63,537 bases of DNA from Promethearchaeota archaeon (GTDB taxonomy: Archaea > Asgardarchaeota > Lokiarchaeia > Sigyniarchaeales > SOKP01), in the NCBI GenBank assembly GCA_029838195.1, contig JALGVJ010000022.1, forward strand, positions 1 to 63,537, in the 5' to 3' direction. Shown piece after piece: positions 9,970 to 19,492 of this stretch. Within the stretch, counting starts at the first letter, position 1; each line of letters starts with the position of its first letter. Both the position numbers and the translations under genes were made by a program. The notes under the pieces are model-generated. The model saw only the letters and a list, made by a program, of their open reading frames with translations. It was not told where the DNA came from and did not search any database.

Positions 9970-10297
9970 ATGAAGACATACACAATCGTGATCAGCACGG
10001 AACCCTATAAATCTGAAGCTACGGATACTTTAATCAAACTCGGCTAAGCCATCCTCAAAAGAGAGAGTAGTACTCATTCATGATGGAGTACTTATGGCAA
10101 CTAAAAAAGGGGGTTATGAGGAGATAGTGAAAAAAATGGAATCCCTCGTAGAAAAAATCCACGTGGTAAGCCCCGATTTAGCTGCCCGCGGCATTTCGTT
10201 TGAACTTGTACATGAAAACGGAAAATACACGTTAATTAATCATGACGAGCCGGTTGACATTCTGGAAAAAGCAAATAAAATTGTTTCGTGGATGTGA
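9970..10297 (+). pseudogene. Collapsed dsrE'-'dsrH remnant (5' end of dsrE joined out of frame to 3' end of dsrH)
   Basis: MKTYTIVISTEPYKSEATDTLIKLG*AILK (TAA 10045-10047) aligns to the N-terminus of 12033-12401; VVLIHDGV...DLAARGI...IVSWM aligns to 11304-11684. Confidence 0.8.
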
Positions 10298-10466
10298 GAA
10301 CTTAATGAACCCTTTTTTAATGCAAGTACGAAAAAAAGGTGAAACCCTCATGAAAACCAACGAGCTGCCTTCGGTTAACTCTAAATTTAATAAAAAAAAT
10401 ACTCTACCAAAAAAATAAAAAAAAAGGCAAGTCATTAAAAATTAAAAACAAAAATAAAAATAAAAG

Positions 10467-10892
10467 GTGAGATATGTGGCAGATAAAATTTGTTTTATTG
10501 TAAAAGATAAATCGTTCGAAAAATTCATGATGATGACAATTCTCGGCACTACTGGAGCCGCCATGGACACGGAAATGAATTTTTTCTTCACGTTCTGGGG
10601 TCTTAGACTCTTACAGAAAAAATTCAAGCCGAAAGTAGCTGGCATGCCTTTTCCTATGAAAGGAATGGCTACTAAAATGTTTCTAAAACGATTAAAAAAA
10701 TTCGGCATAGAAAATCCCTGGGAACTCATCAAGGAAGCCATTGAATCCGGAAAAATGAAACTCTATCCATGTCAGATGACCATGGATCTCATGGGAATCA
10801 AAAAAGAACAGTTATGGGATTTCGTGGAAGAGCCCGTTGGAGCCGCCAGCTTCTTGGAAATGAGTGAAGGCGCCCGAATTGTATCATTATAA
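10467..10892 (+). CDS. DsrE2-like (DsrE/DsrF/DrsH-like) sulfurtransferase
   Basis: FFFTFWGL, LYPCQMTMDLMG, VGAASFL motifs. Confidence 0.85.
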   Translation: MRYVADKICFIVKDKSFEKFMMMTILGTTGAAMDTEMNFFFTFWGLRLLQKKFKPKVAGMPFPMKGMATKMFLKRLKKFGIENPWELIKEAIESGKMKLYPCQMTMDLMGIKKEQLWDFVEEPVGAASFLEMSEGARIVSL

Positions 10893-10930
10893 TTTTTTTT
10901 TTAATCTTATAAAAAAGGAGAATAAAAAGC

Positions 10931-11165
10931 TTGACGGAGGTAAAAGAAGAATTCCATCGAGAATTCAAACTTGATGAAGAATTTAATCCAGATTTTTTCA
11001 AGGAGGAAAAGATAAAGATATGAATAAAATTAAAGAGCGCCTTTTCCCGCTGCCTCCCGTAAAGTAGAACCGAGAGACTTGCCTAAAACCAAGCACAAGC
11101 ATTTAGGAACGGAACATAATGAAGAAGCAGAGCAATGGTACATGTATTTTGAAGTAGTAAAGTAG
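10931..11165 (+). pseudogene. Degenerate TusA-like remnant
   Basis: AAGGAG SD plus TTG; pieces in different frames: ...KERLFPLPPVK* and PRDLPKTKHKHLGTEHNEEAEQWYMYFEVVK*, resembling the TusA CPxP region, DIP motif and C-terminal strand. Confidence 0.4.
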
Positions 11166-11303
11166 TCACATGATAGGAATCGTCCATTTTTTTTACTGAG
11201 TTTTATTTTTTTTTATTTATTTGCTTCTCATTTTTAATAAATTGTCTTTTTCCAACAATTTTTATTATTCTAACTCCTTAATTAGTACCATTCATATTCA
11301 ATC

Positions 11304-11684
11304 TCATAGCCACGATACTATGTTAGAATGCGCAATTAAAAGATCCACCAAGGTTTCATGATCAATGACACGAATTGGCTCACGGATTTCGTCAGGATTA
11401 ATTCCTCTTGCCTCTAAATCGGATTTTAATGCGTGAAATGTAGCGGGGAGGGTGAGCAATTCTTTCATCTCTTCAGCAAGCCGGGAAGTTTTTGATAATC
11501 CCATCACGCCATCATGCATGAATACAAAACAGGCGGCTGCGCCCTTTTCAAGTTGGTGTTTTATAAAATTAACTAATTTGTCTAATCCCTTCCATGTATT
11601 AGCACTATATCCGAACAAGTATAAAATTTTTTTCGATTCCATGAGAAGAGCCCCCCATTTAATATTTAAAAGTAAAATCTGCAT
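11304..11684 (-). CDS. dsrH: DsrH/TusB family sulfur relay protein (start possibly ATG ~11642)
   Basis: HDGV, DLEARGI, LVDL...IVSW. Confidence 0.8.
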   Translation of the reverse strand: MQILLLNIKWGALLMESKKILYLFGYSANTWKGLDKLVNFIKHQLEKGAAACFVFMHDGVMGLSKTSRLAEEMKELLTLPATFHALKSDLEARGINPDEIREPIRVIDHETLVDLLIAHSNIVSWL

Positions 11685-12024
11685 ATAATATTAATTCGGA
11701 AATCATCTCGTGATTCGCCACGGTAAGGTGTTCCAGGGGAAGTAAATCCTGTTCTGTCAATCCCAAGAACTCGAGATCTTCTCTCGATACGATGATCTCC
11801 ACTTCAGAAAGTTTTATTAGCTTCAAGATGTCATCGATGGGATCGACATTGAGAGCAGCTGGCTGGAGTCGCTTGTGAAGGACATGAATCGCATCCTTCA
11901 ATAATACCACCTGACAATCCTCTATGTCCCCCACGGCCAAAATTCCGGTGGCTAATCGTAAGGCTTCGAGCACGGCATTTTTTCCAAAAGGAGAATCCTC
12001 GCAGATGATCAAAATAGAGTGCAT
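11659..12024 (-). CDS. dsrF: DsrF/TusC family sulfur relay protein
   Basis: SPFGK..EALRLA, LLKDAI, EDLEFLGL; middle gene of the triad. Confidence 0.75.
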   Translation of the reverse strand: MHSILIICEDSPFGKNAVLEALRLATGILAVGDIEDCQVVLLKDAIHVLHKRLQPAALNVDPIDDILKLIKLSEVEIIVSREDLEFLGLTEQDLLPLEHLTVANHEMISELILYADFTFKY

Positions 12025-12032
12025 GAAATGGT

Positions 12033-12401
12033 TTACCTCCCGGGTCCGAAGAAGATGACCCGATCTGAATTAGTAATTAATTCTGATAATCCGCCTAATC
12101 CTTCCAAGCAGGCATTTTCTATGAATTCAGAGGATTTTATTCCCGTGATGCTTATCCACGTGCTACATGCTGCGATTTTTGCACCGTGTTTCTCACTAAA
12201 CTCGACAAGTTTTTTTGATAAGTCTCGCATAGAACTTCCTAGCTCTCGATTTCCTTTAATGCTATACACTCCACTGCCATAAAAGAAGATCCCCAAAACT
12301 TCATGCCCTTTTTTTATGATGGCCTCGCTTAAATTAAGAACCGTATCCAAGGCTTCCCGGGCATAGGGTTCCGCAGCTACCACGAATGAAAATTTTACCA
12401 T
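12033..12401 (-). CDS. dsrE: DsrE/TusD family sulfurtransferase
   Basis: EPY, GHEVLGIFFYGSGV, active-site Cys in AACST, GLGGL..SDRVIFF. Confidence 0.85.
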   Translation of the reverse strand: MVKFSFVVAAEPYAREALDTVLNLSEAIIKKGHEVLGIFFYGSGVYSIKGNRELGSSMRDLSKKLVEFSEKHGAKIAACSTWISITGIKSSEFIENACLEGLGGLSELITNSDRVIFFGPGR

Positions 12402-12459
12402 GGTATTATAAATTGAATTATTCTATTTTATATTAACGCTTTTATTATAGTCACGATTT

Positions 12460-12880
12460 CCTTATAAAAGCAGGCGGGAAAAGAATTTTAGCTCGTGCTC
12501 GGGAAAGCAAGCTCCAAACACGGGGATCTCTTGTAGGTATTCATATAGCAGCGAACTTTGATTCTGTAATAAATGAGTGCTTCAAAAAACTTCTCACGCG
12601 TGGGAAATATTCGGGCACGTCATCAAATATCCTAAAAATTACCTTCTCATCCCCGTTTTTGCCTTTTCTCACTTCTTTCCATTCCTCTAAAATGATGTCT
12701 TCGCATTTTTAGAGATTTTTGACTTTTTTGACAGCATGAATATCGAAAATAAAAAGTTCTATCATTAGTATCTCAAAAATTCTTTTTAAGTTTACTTGTA
12801 TAACGCTTTTAAGCATCCATCTCTTCATGTCATATTAAATACTCATGGACTTCTACTTTATCTGATTTTTCCTCTCATCC
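12460..12880 (-). pseudogene. Decayed gene of unknown family
   Basis: Protein-like segments (KCEDIILEEWKEVRKGKNGDEKVIFRIFDDVPEYFPRVRSF; YEYLQEIPVFGACFPEHELKFF) broken by stops and frameshifts. Confidence 0.35.
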
Positions 12881-12991
12881 TAAAAATTTTTGAGAAAAAG
12901 AGGAATGAATGCTAAAAAGAAATATATCTAAATTACTTGACTTTAACTCAATAAAAGTGTTGTTTAATTAGAAAAAATAAATTAAAAAAAA

Positions 12992-13759
12992 TTAATTTAA
13001 TACGGAATCAAAAAGTTTTCCATCTCGCATTCGCAACGTCTTTTTAGCCATAGCGCCTATATCAGGATCGTGCGTGACCATTATGGTAGTCTGTTTTAGT
13101 TTTTCATTTAATTCTTGAATGAGTCGAACGACTTGCATGCCCGTGACTGTATCTAATTCGCCAGTAGGCTCATCTGCTACGAGAATTGCCGGTTCATTAA
13201 CTAACGCTCTGGCAACGGCAACGCGTTGTTGTTCTCCTCCGGAGAGTTCGGAAGGCAGAAAATCTTTTCGATCGCCGAGTCCTACGAGATCTAAGAATCT
13301 ATGAGCTTTTTCTTCCCGCTCTTCCTTAGGTTTATCTGCAAAAACCAACGGCAATTCCACGTTTTCAAATGCCGTGAGTACTGGTACTAAATTATAGAAT
13401 TGGAAGATAAATCCGATCTTGTTTAATCGCATGTAGGTCCTCTCCTCATCATTCATGTGAGCAATGTTTATGCCGTTAATGTACACTTCTCCACTAGTAG
13501 GAGTATCCAAAGCTCCAATCATGTTAAGTAAAGTGGTTTTTCCGCTGCCAGAAGGTCCCATTACAGATATGAATTCTCCTTTCTTGACGGTAAGACTCAC
13601 GCCATCTAATGCTTTCACGATAATGCCTTCTGTTATCTGATAATATTTTTTCAAATCGAAGGTCTGAATCATTGCATCCGGATCTAACTCGCGTGGTCTT
13701 GCCTCTTCTCTCGTGGTAGCTGGGATTTTATCTCGCTCTTTTTTTTTAAGCTTCACCAT
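12992..13759 (-). CDS. ABC transporter ATP-binding protein (LolD/MacB-type)
   Basis: [24 protein letters not shown]. Confidence 0.95.
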   Translation of the reverse strand: MVKLKKKERDKIPATTREEARPRELDPDAMIQTFDLKKYYQITEGIIVKALDGVSLTVKKGEFISVMGPSGSGKTTLLNMIGALDTPTSGEVYINGINIAHMNDEERTYMRLNKIGFIFQFYNLVPVLTAFENVELPLVFADKPKEEREEKAHRFLDLVGLGDRKDFLPSELSGGEQQRVAVARALVNEPAILVADEPTGELDTVTGMQVVRLIQELNEKLKQTTIMVTHDPDIGAMAKKTLRMRDGKLFDSVLN

Positions 13760-14597
13760 TCATCTCCTCTCTGTTCAATTCAAATATCTTATCCAAGGGT
13801 TTGCCACCCTTTCGCTCATTAATGATTTGTCCATCTTTAAGTGTCAAGATCCTGTCAGATGCTTCAGCTATGCGTAAATTATGCGTTACCATGAGAATGG
13901 AATGCCCTTTTCGTATAAGATCGAGGAAAATCTCCATGATTTGGGTCGAAGTTTCCGTATCGAGCTCTCCCGTAGGCTCGTCGCATATGATGAGTAAGGG
14001 ATCGTTAGCCAACGCCCTTGCAATGGTCACTCGTTGTTGTTCCCCTCCCGACATCTGCGTGGGATAATGATGCATGCGTTTATCTAATCCTACCATTTTT
14101 AATAGCTCTTTCACGCGCTTATCTCTCTCTGAAGGAGGGATTTTTTTTAATAACATGGGAAATTCAACATTCTCATAAGCCGTGAGCACGGGAAAGAGAT
14201 TATAAAATTGAAAAATTAATCCAATCCGATTCAATCGCATTTCTTTCAATTCTTGATGATCCATTTCCGTAATGTCGTAGCCCTTTCCATCTCCATTAAT
14301 GTTATAGATAATGTTTCCTGAATCCGGATAATCTAATGCCCCCAAACAATTTATGAGCGTCGATTTCCCCGACCCAGAAGGCCCCACGATGCTCACGAGC
14401 TCTCCATGTTTTACGTGAAGATTCAAATTTCGCAAGGCAGGCACTTTATACTTCCCCGTAATATAAGTTTTTTCGAGATTTCTTACCTCCAACACTACAT
14501 CTTTTTCCATGGGATGCACTTTCACTTTTCCCTTTTCAATTTTTCGGGAAAACGAGTCTATTTTTGCTTCATTTTTATTTTTTAAATTTATTTTCAT
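13746..14597 (-). CDS. ABC transporter ATP-binding protein (LolD/MacB-type)
   Basis: GPSGSGKS, MSGGEQQR, CDEPTG. Confidence 0.95.
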   Translation of the reverse strand: MKINLKNKNEAKIDSFSRKIEKGKVKVHPMEKDVVLEVRNLEKTYITGKYKVPALRNLNLHVKHGELVSIVGPSGSGKSTLINCLGALDYPDSGNIIYNINGDGKGYDITEMDHQELKEMRLNRIGLIFQFYNLFPVLTAYENVEFPMLLKKIPPSERDKRVKELLKMVGLDKRMHHYPTQMSGGEQQRVTIARALANDPLLIICDEPTGELDTETSTQIMEIFLDLIRKGHSILMVTHNLRIAEASDRILTLKDGQIINERKGGKPLDKIFELNREEMNGEA

Positions 14598-14619
14598 GTC
14601 AGCACCTCATTTTATACAT

Positions 14620-17600
14620 TTAACGAGTCCTCACGGCATCTATGATATTAAGATTGGCGGCCCATCTCACCGGGTAGCGAGAACTTGCAATTGCTGCCCC
14701 GATGGTTAATAGCAATAAGAGTGAAATGGTAAGCCACGGAATTGACAGGGTAGAGGTAAAAAATCCACCAGATGGCATTGCCGATACAGTTAGGATCCCT
14801 TGAATTAAGCCCGCAAAAATTCCAACTAGCACACCTAATAACGCAACGATTAGTGTTTCTCCCGAAATGCTTCGAATGATTCCTTTTTTTGTCAAGCCAA
14901 TCGAGCGGAGCATACCAATTTCTCGCCGGCGGGACATCGTCGTGAGAAGGCAGTGCAAGGCTAATCCAATGAGCGAGATCAAGATTGCCAGGAATAAAAC
15001 ACCACTTATGATGAAGTTCATTAAATCCGTCATGGTACTAAAGGCAGAAGTCATAAAAGACTTGGTAAAGCCGAAAATCACGAGATAACCCTCTTCTTGA
15101 AGATATTCTTGCGTCGCATCTAACACGTCTTCATCAACGTATCCATCCTCAATCCACACGTACCAATTATATACGTTCAATCGAGATTCCAAGGCACTCG
15201 TCTTGAGATCTACGATGCTCCACGTGCCATGTACTTTATTATTAAACTCTTCAGTAAGTTCTTCTTTCGTGGAATCGAGGATTTTTGGGTTTTCGCAATG
15301 AATAAGAATGGAGGTCACCCGATCGCCCCAGTAATCATTTCCCCTATAATCTTTATATACCATATTCCTAGCTTTATCGTAATTTATATATATTGCATTT
15401 CCTCCTACATCCGCTCCTTCTTCATATCCGGATAACCAGAAATATCGTTCCGTGTTATATAGCGTAGGACTGGCGATTATTCCCACGACTTTGAATTTAG
15501 GCCACGTAGCAGTATTCATCGTGTCATGAACGGATTGAGTGAGGTTCACGGACAAGAAATCCATGCTAAAATTGAAATTTTTGCCGGTATTGAGATTGCT
15601 TCCCACAATTCTTAGCTGTAAGGGCTTTCCAGTTAAAAGATCGACATAGGATCTTTCTTCATTAAAGTAAAATGTTTGATTGGTTTCTGCGGTGTTTGAG
15701 ATATCTCCAATCATATCAAATTCATTAGCGTAATAATTAAATGCTTGAATTTCTAAAGAATCAATCGACATGTTCACGCTCGTCTCAACGTTCAATATTG
15801 CTGCTTTAATTATTTTCGTTAGCAAGGTAAAAGGCAAGGATGCGAGCGAGATGTTTACTTTCATGATGAGCACGCCATCTTCGCTAATGGCAGACATGTT
15901 TACATTGTCAGAGCGAGTCAAATTAGCTGAAGATCCCGAGATTGCAACCCCCTTTTCTAAAATCACGGTGGTGTTGGTTGCTCCTGCTCGATATAAAAGT
16001 TGAGTCGGGTCGGTCTCCAGGGGAAAAAGTGCAATGGTAGAATCTATTCCGAAATCAGGGTCTCCATTCGCTCTCTGCTTCGCTACGAATTCCTCGTCCA
16101 CGACACACACTAACTCTGTAGTGTTTAATAATTCTTCTAACGTATCTCCTTCATATCCTTCATTAACTTCAATGAGATTATTACTCCCAAAGTTTGCATC
16201 CGATTCATAAAATTGGTTAATATTTTTTGTTTGAATGCCCACCACCGGCGTCTGATAGTTCGTATAATAACTATCATTACTCAACGTGTAATAATCCATG
16301 CGGGCAGTATAGGCAGTGATGTTTTCATTATCATTCAAAATGGTCCTCACGCGGGAAAAATTAACCCAACCGGCTTGAATGCTGTCCAATTGAGAATTAC
16401 CCGTGTCCGCCTCTTTTCTAAGAATGAGATCCGTATATCCTCCCGGTAAATTTTTAACCGCAAGACGTTCATAAGCATTCCAAGAGATGAACAAATTATA
16501 TTGCGTGACTGAGCCTCCTCCGAATCCCATGAATCCTCCACTCGTAGAAAATCCTTGAATCTTGGAAATAATAGCTATTACCTTCATGGACTGAGTTACC
16601 GTATTTTCTTTCGCATTTTTCGTGTTCCCTTCTAACATTCTCTGCAAGGAGCTATACGTTACTCCTAAAGAAATTTTTACCGGAATATAATCACCTACCT
16701 GAACGTGATACTCTTGAGCAAATTCTTCGGTGATGATGATATTATTTCCTTGGTCGAGTTCCGTTAACATTTGAGCTAAAGTAATATTCGAGGGAGCAAT
16801 GATTTCTGAAGTGGATATGTGCCTTTTCATGACATCCGTATCTAAGGCGTAGATAGAAATTGAAGTATTGTATTCCTCCTCGAAAGTGCCGTGGCCGATC
16901 CACTCATTACCTATTTTCACACGAGCATTCTTGGAGTTCACGCCCATAGCATCTTTGACGCCTTCAATAGAAGCGATTTCATATTGAACAGACTTCGATG
17001 TTCCATATGTAAAGATTCTAATGTCGCTTCCAATCGTATCATCGATGGAAGTTCCAATACCAGCTCTCATGGACTCCAGCATCACGCTCATTCCAATTAA
17101 AAAGCTAATGGTGAGGGCAATCATGGAATAACTAAGGATCGTCCGCTTTCGATATCTCAAGATATTTTTCTCCGTTAAAAGCTTGGTTTGCTTTAAATAG
17201 GGTCCGAAAAGTTTCACGAGACCTTTAGCCAGATAACGCACGAATAATGCCGTAAGGATGATGATGCCGAACAATATAAGAGTTGGAGCGGTCATGCCGG
17301 AGATTAATCCGACGGACGGCCCCCCAAAACCGGTTCCCGTTGAGGAAAGTGTGGAATTAACTCCCAAATAAATGAAGAAAATTCCAAGGAGGGCATAAAC
17401 GATTCTTTTTTTGTACGGCTTTTTTTCTCGTTCACTTTTTTCTTCGATGGGGTTCAAGCATTCAATTAATGGCTTTCTACTAGCTTTATAACTGGGATAT
17501 ATTGATCCAATTAAACACGAGCCAAGCCCAACTATGAAAGTCATTATTAGCGTGGTGGGCAACAAGACTATTTGAAATCCCGAAGGCGAGAAACTTCCCC

Positions 17601-18822
17601 CGGAACTCTGGGCAATACTCTGCATGGAATTGATCGTGACCGAAAATATAATGAAAGAAATGAAATACGAGGCAATCGTGCCAATACCACTGCCTAACAA
17701 GCCCATGATTAGACCTTGCGTGAGAAATAGCCGAAAAGTCTCAGATCTTGAAGCGCCAATGGCTTGAATCATGCCCGTTTCATATTCTTGCTCTTCCCGA
17801 ATGATGTTAAAGATATTCCAAATGAGCACAATAGAGAGAATGAGTGCTACTAACCCGAACATCAAGAACATGGTTCTCTGGGTTTCCATGGAGATATCAA
17901 TTTGTTCGAGATAATCCGTTTTTAAATCACTGACTTTCCAATCTTCCCCATGCTTTAATTGGGACAACGATTTTTGAATTTCTCGTGCGGCTTGTTCCAC
18001 GTTGTAAATATCATTCACGCCGACAACGGCTAGATTATACTCGCCCCGGTGGTTTTGGGTTCCGTCCACGAGTTCATGTGCATTATTTATATCGCAGAAT
18101 AATAAAGCTCCTGCCTGGGAAACGGTGCTTGATTCATTCGTTTCTGGATCAAAATCTACAGCTTCTGCATTATCTCGAATTATCGCAGTGACTGTATATT
18201 CCGGCCACGTTCCCGTATCTTCTTGTTTAAAGCCCAGAGCGCCTCCTTTCACGGGAAAAATTCTCACCCGTGAGCCTGCCTTTATATCTTCATTTAACAG
18301 GATTTGAAGAGATTCCGTGATCACTACTACTTTATTCCCAGTTTTAACATCTTTATAAGTGAGTAAATCTTCAATGGACTTGGCATTTGACAATCCATCG
18401 ATGACATCTAAGATGTAAGGATTCGCTCCTAAATCTTTCTCATCATCGTTTGAAATATCCAATCCGTAGACGCCGGAATAAGTACTATTTTCCACTTGGT
18501 TTCCTTCATCCGTTCCAGATACGAACACGTTAAATCCTGAAATGCGATATGATACATCAATAACATTATCTATATCTTTAAGCAGATTATCGATTTCTTC
18601 CGGATGAAACCATCCATCATCTCCATCATCGTAACGAATAAGGAGATCTGCCGTGCCAAGTTGTTCATCAATGGTATTTAACATCATGGCATTAAAAGAA
18701 TCAGAAACGATGTTTATACCGCCGAAAAGAGCCACGCCAATGATTAGCGTGATAGTAGTTAAGATATAGCGTGTTTTTCTCCGTTTCATATTGCGTAGAG
18801 CTATTTTTAGGATTACTCCCAT
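14620..18822 (-). CDS. Very large FtsX/MacB-family ABC permease (two FtsX modules, expanded extracellular region)
   Basis: ALRNMKRRKTR, EYETGMIQAIGA, RRREIGMLRSIG; multiple TM segments; upstream of two ATPases. Confidence 0.9.
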   Translation of the reverse strand: MGVILKIALRNMKRRKTRYILTTITLIIGVALFGGINIVSDSFNAMMLNTIDEQLGTADLLIRYDDGDDGWFHPEEIDNLLKDIDNVIDVSYRISGFNVFVSGTDEGNQVENSTYSGVYGLDISNDDEKDLGANPYILDVIDGLSNAKSIEDLLTYKDVKTGNKVVVITESLQILLNEDIKAGSRVRIFPVKGGALGFKQEDTGTWPEYTVTAIIRDNAEAVDFDPETNESSTVSQAGALLFCDINNAHELVDGTQNHRGEYNLAVVGVNDIYNVEQAAREIQKSLSQLKHGEDWKVSDLKTDYLEQIDISMETQRTMFLMFGLVALILSIVLIWNIFNIIREEQEYETGMIQAIGASRSETFRLFLTQGLIMGLLGSGIGTIASYFISFIIFSVTINSMQSIAQSSGGSFSPSGFQIVLLPTTLIMTFIVGLGSCLIGSIYPSYKASRKPLIECLNPIEEKSEREKKPYKKRIVYALLGIFFIYLGVNSTLSSTGTGFGGPSVGLISGMTAPTLILFGIIILTALFVRYLAKGLVKLFGPYLKQTKLLTEKNILRYRKRTILSYSMIALTISFLIGMSVMLESMRAGIGTSIDDTIGSDIRIFTYGTSKSVQYEIASIEGVKDAMGVNSKNARVKIGNEWIGHGTFEEEYNTSISIYALDTDVMKRHISTSEIIAPSNITLAQMLTELDQGNNIIITEEFAQEYHVQVGDYIPVKISLGVTYSSLQRMLEGNTKNAKENTVTQSMKVIAIISKIQGFSTSGGFMGFGGGSVTQYNLFISWNAYERLAVKNLPGGYTDLILRKEADTGNSQLDSIQAGWVNFSRVRTILNDNENITAYTARMDYYTLSNDSYYTNYQTPVVGIQTKNINQFYESDANFGSNNLIEVNEGYEGDTLEELLNTTELVCVVDEEFVAKQRANGDPDFGIDSTIALFPLETDPTQLLYRAGATNTTVILEKGVAISGSSANLTRSDNVNMSAISEDGVLIMKVNISLASLPFTLLTKIIKAAILNVETSVNMSIDSLEIQAFNYYANEFDMIGDISNTAETNQTFYFNEERSYVDLLTGKPLQLRIVGSNLNTGKNFNFSMDFLSVNLTQSVHDTMNTATWPKFKVVGIIASPTLYNTERYFWLSGYEEGADVGGNAIYINYDKARNMVYKDYRGNDYWGDRVTSILIHCENPKILDSTKEELTEEFNNKVHGTWSIVDLKTSALESRLNVYNWYVWIEDGYVDEDVLDATQEYLQEEGYLVIFGFTKSFMTSAFSTMTDLMNFIISGVLFLAILISLIGLALHCLLTTMSRRREIGMLRSIGLTKKGIIRSISGETLIVALLGVLVGIFAGLIQGILTVSAMPSGGFFTSTLSIPWLTISLLLLLTIGAAIASSRYPVRWAANLNIIDAVRTR

Positions 18823-19492
18823 ATCAATTGTCTCTTAACTTTTTTTTTAAATTCATATTAAGGAGTTTAAATAAAGATTGAAATTTAAATGCTTTCGCAC
18901 CATTGGTACGTGAACATTTTCGAATTCAATGTTTTCATGAGAAATCTTCACATAGAAGCCCCCCACCCTCTTGAATGGATAATAAAAAAGCTACACGCGA
19001 ATTGTTATTCATATTTTTCCGCCAAAAAGAGTACCGGGCAAGGTCAAAATTTTCAAAAGAAAAGAGGAGTTTTATTAAAACCATAAACATGGAGCTATTT
19101 GATGCAATAAGAATCATGGATGGAGGAGGTTAAATAATTTAACATGGATATTTTAACAAGGAACAAGAGGTTTCATGGAGTTAAACATTCATTTATAAAA
19201 GCAAATCCGAAGTATTGGAGACCGAATCGAGTAAGGGTCAAAATCAAGCAGATGATAATGAAAAACGGCTCATGAAAACCATATTATTAAAGGAACATGC
19301 TTGTTTTTCAGACCTTTCCACGAAAATTGAATGAACTTTTATGTTTAAGATTATTTTTTCCTGAAAACTTTGTTTTTAATTCGATCTTGGTTTTCGTGTT
19401 GCTGATTTCTCTTTAAACAAAACCAGAAATATCAAATAATTTGATTTTTTATTTTCCCATAATAAAAATAATTTAATGACTTGAATTAAACC

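Noticed and set aside
12150-12180. DsrE CSTW as a relic of CxxU/CxxC
   Set aside because: The codon is plain TGG; without an alignment this is speculation
14867-18307. Many short antisense ORFs from the ORF track here and inside other long genes
   Set aside because: They are shadow frames opposite well-supported genes and carry no recognisable motifs
18889-19330. Short ORFs or ncRNA in the long intergenic region
   Set aside because: No recognisable motif or convincing structure; possibly decayed coding sequence but not assignable
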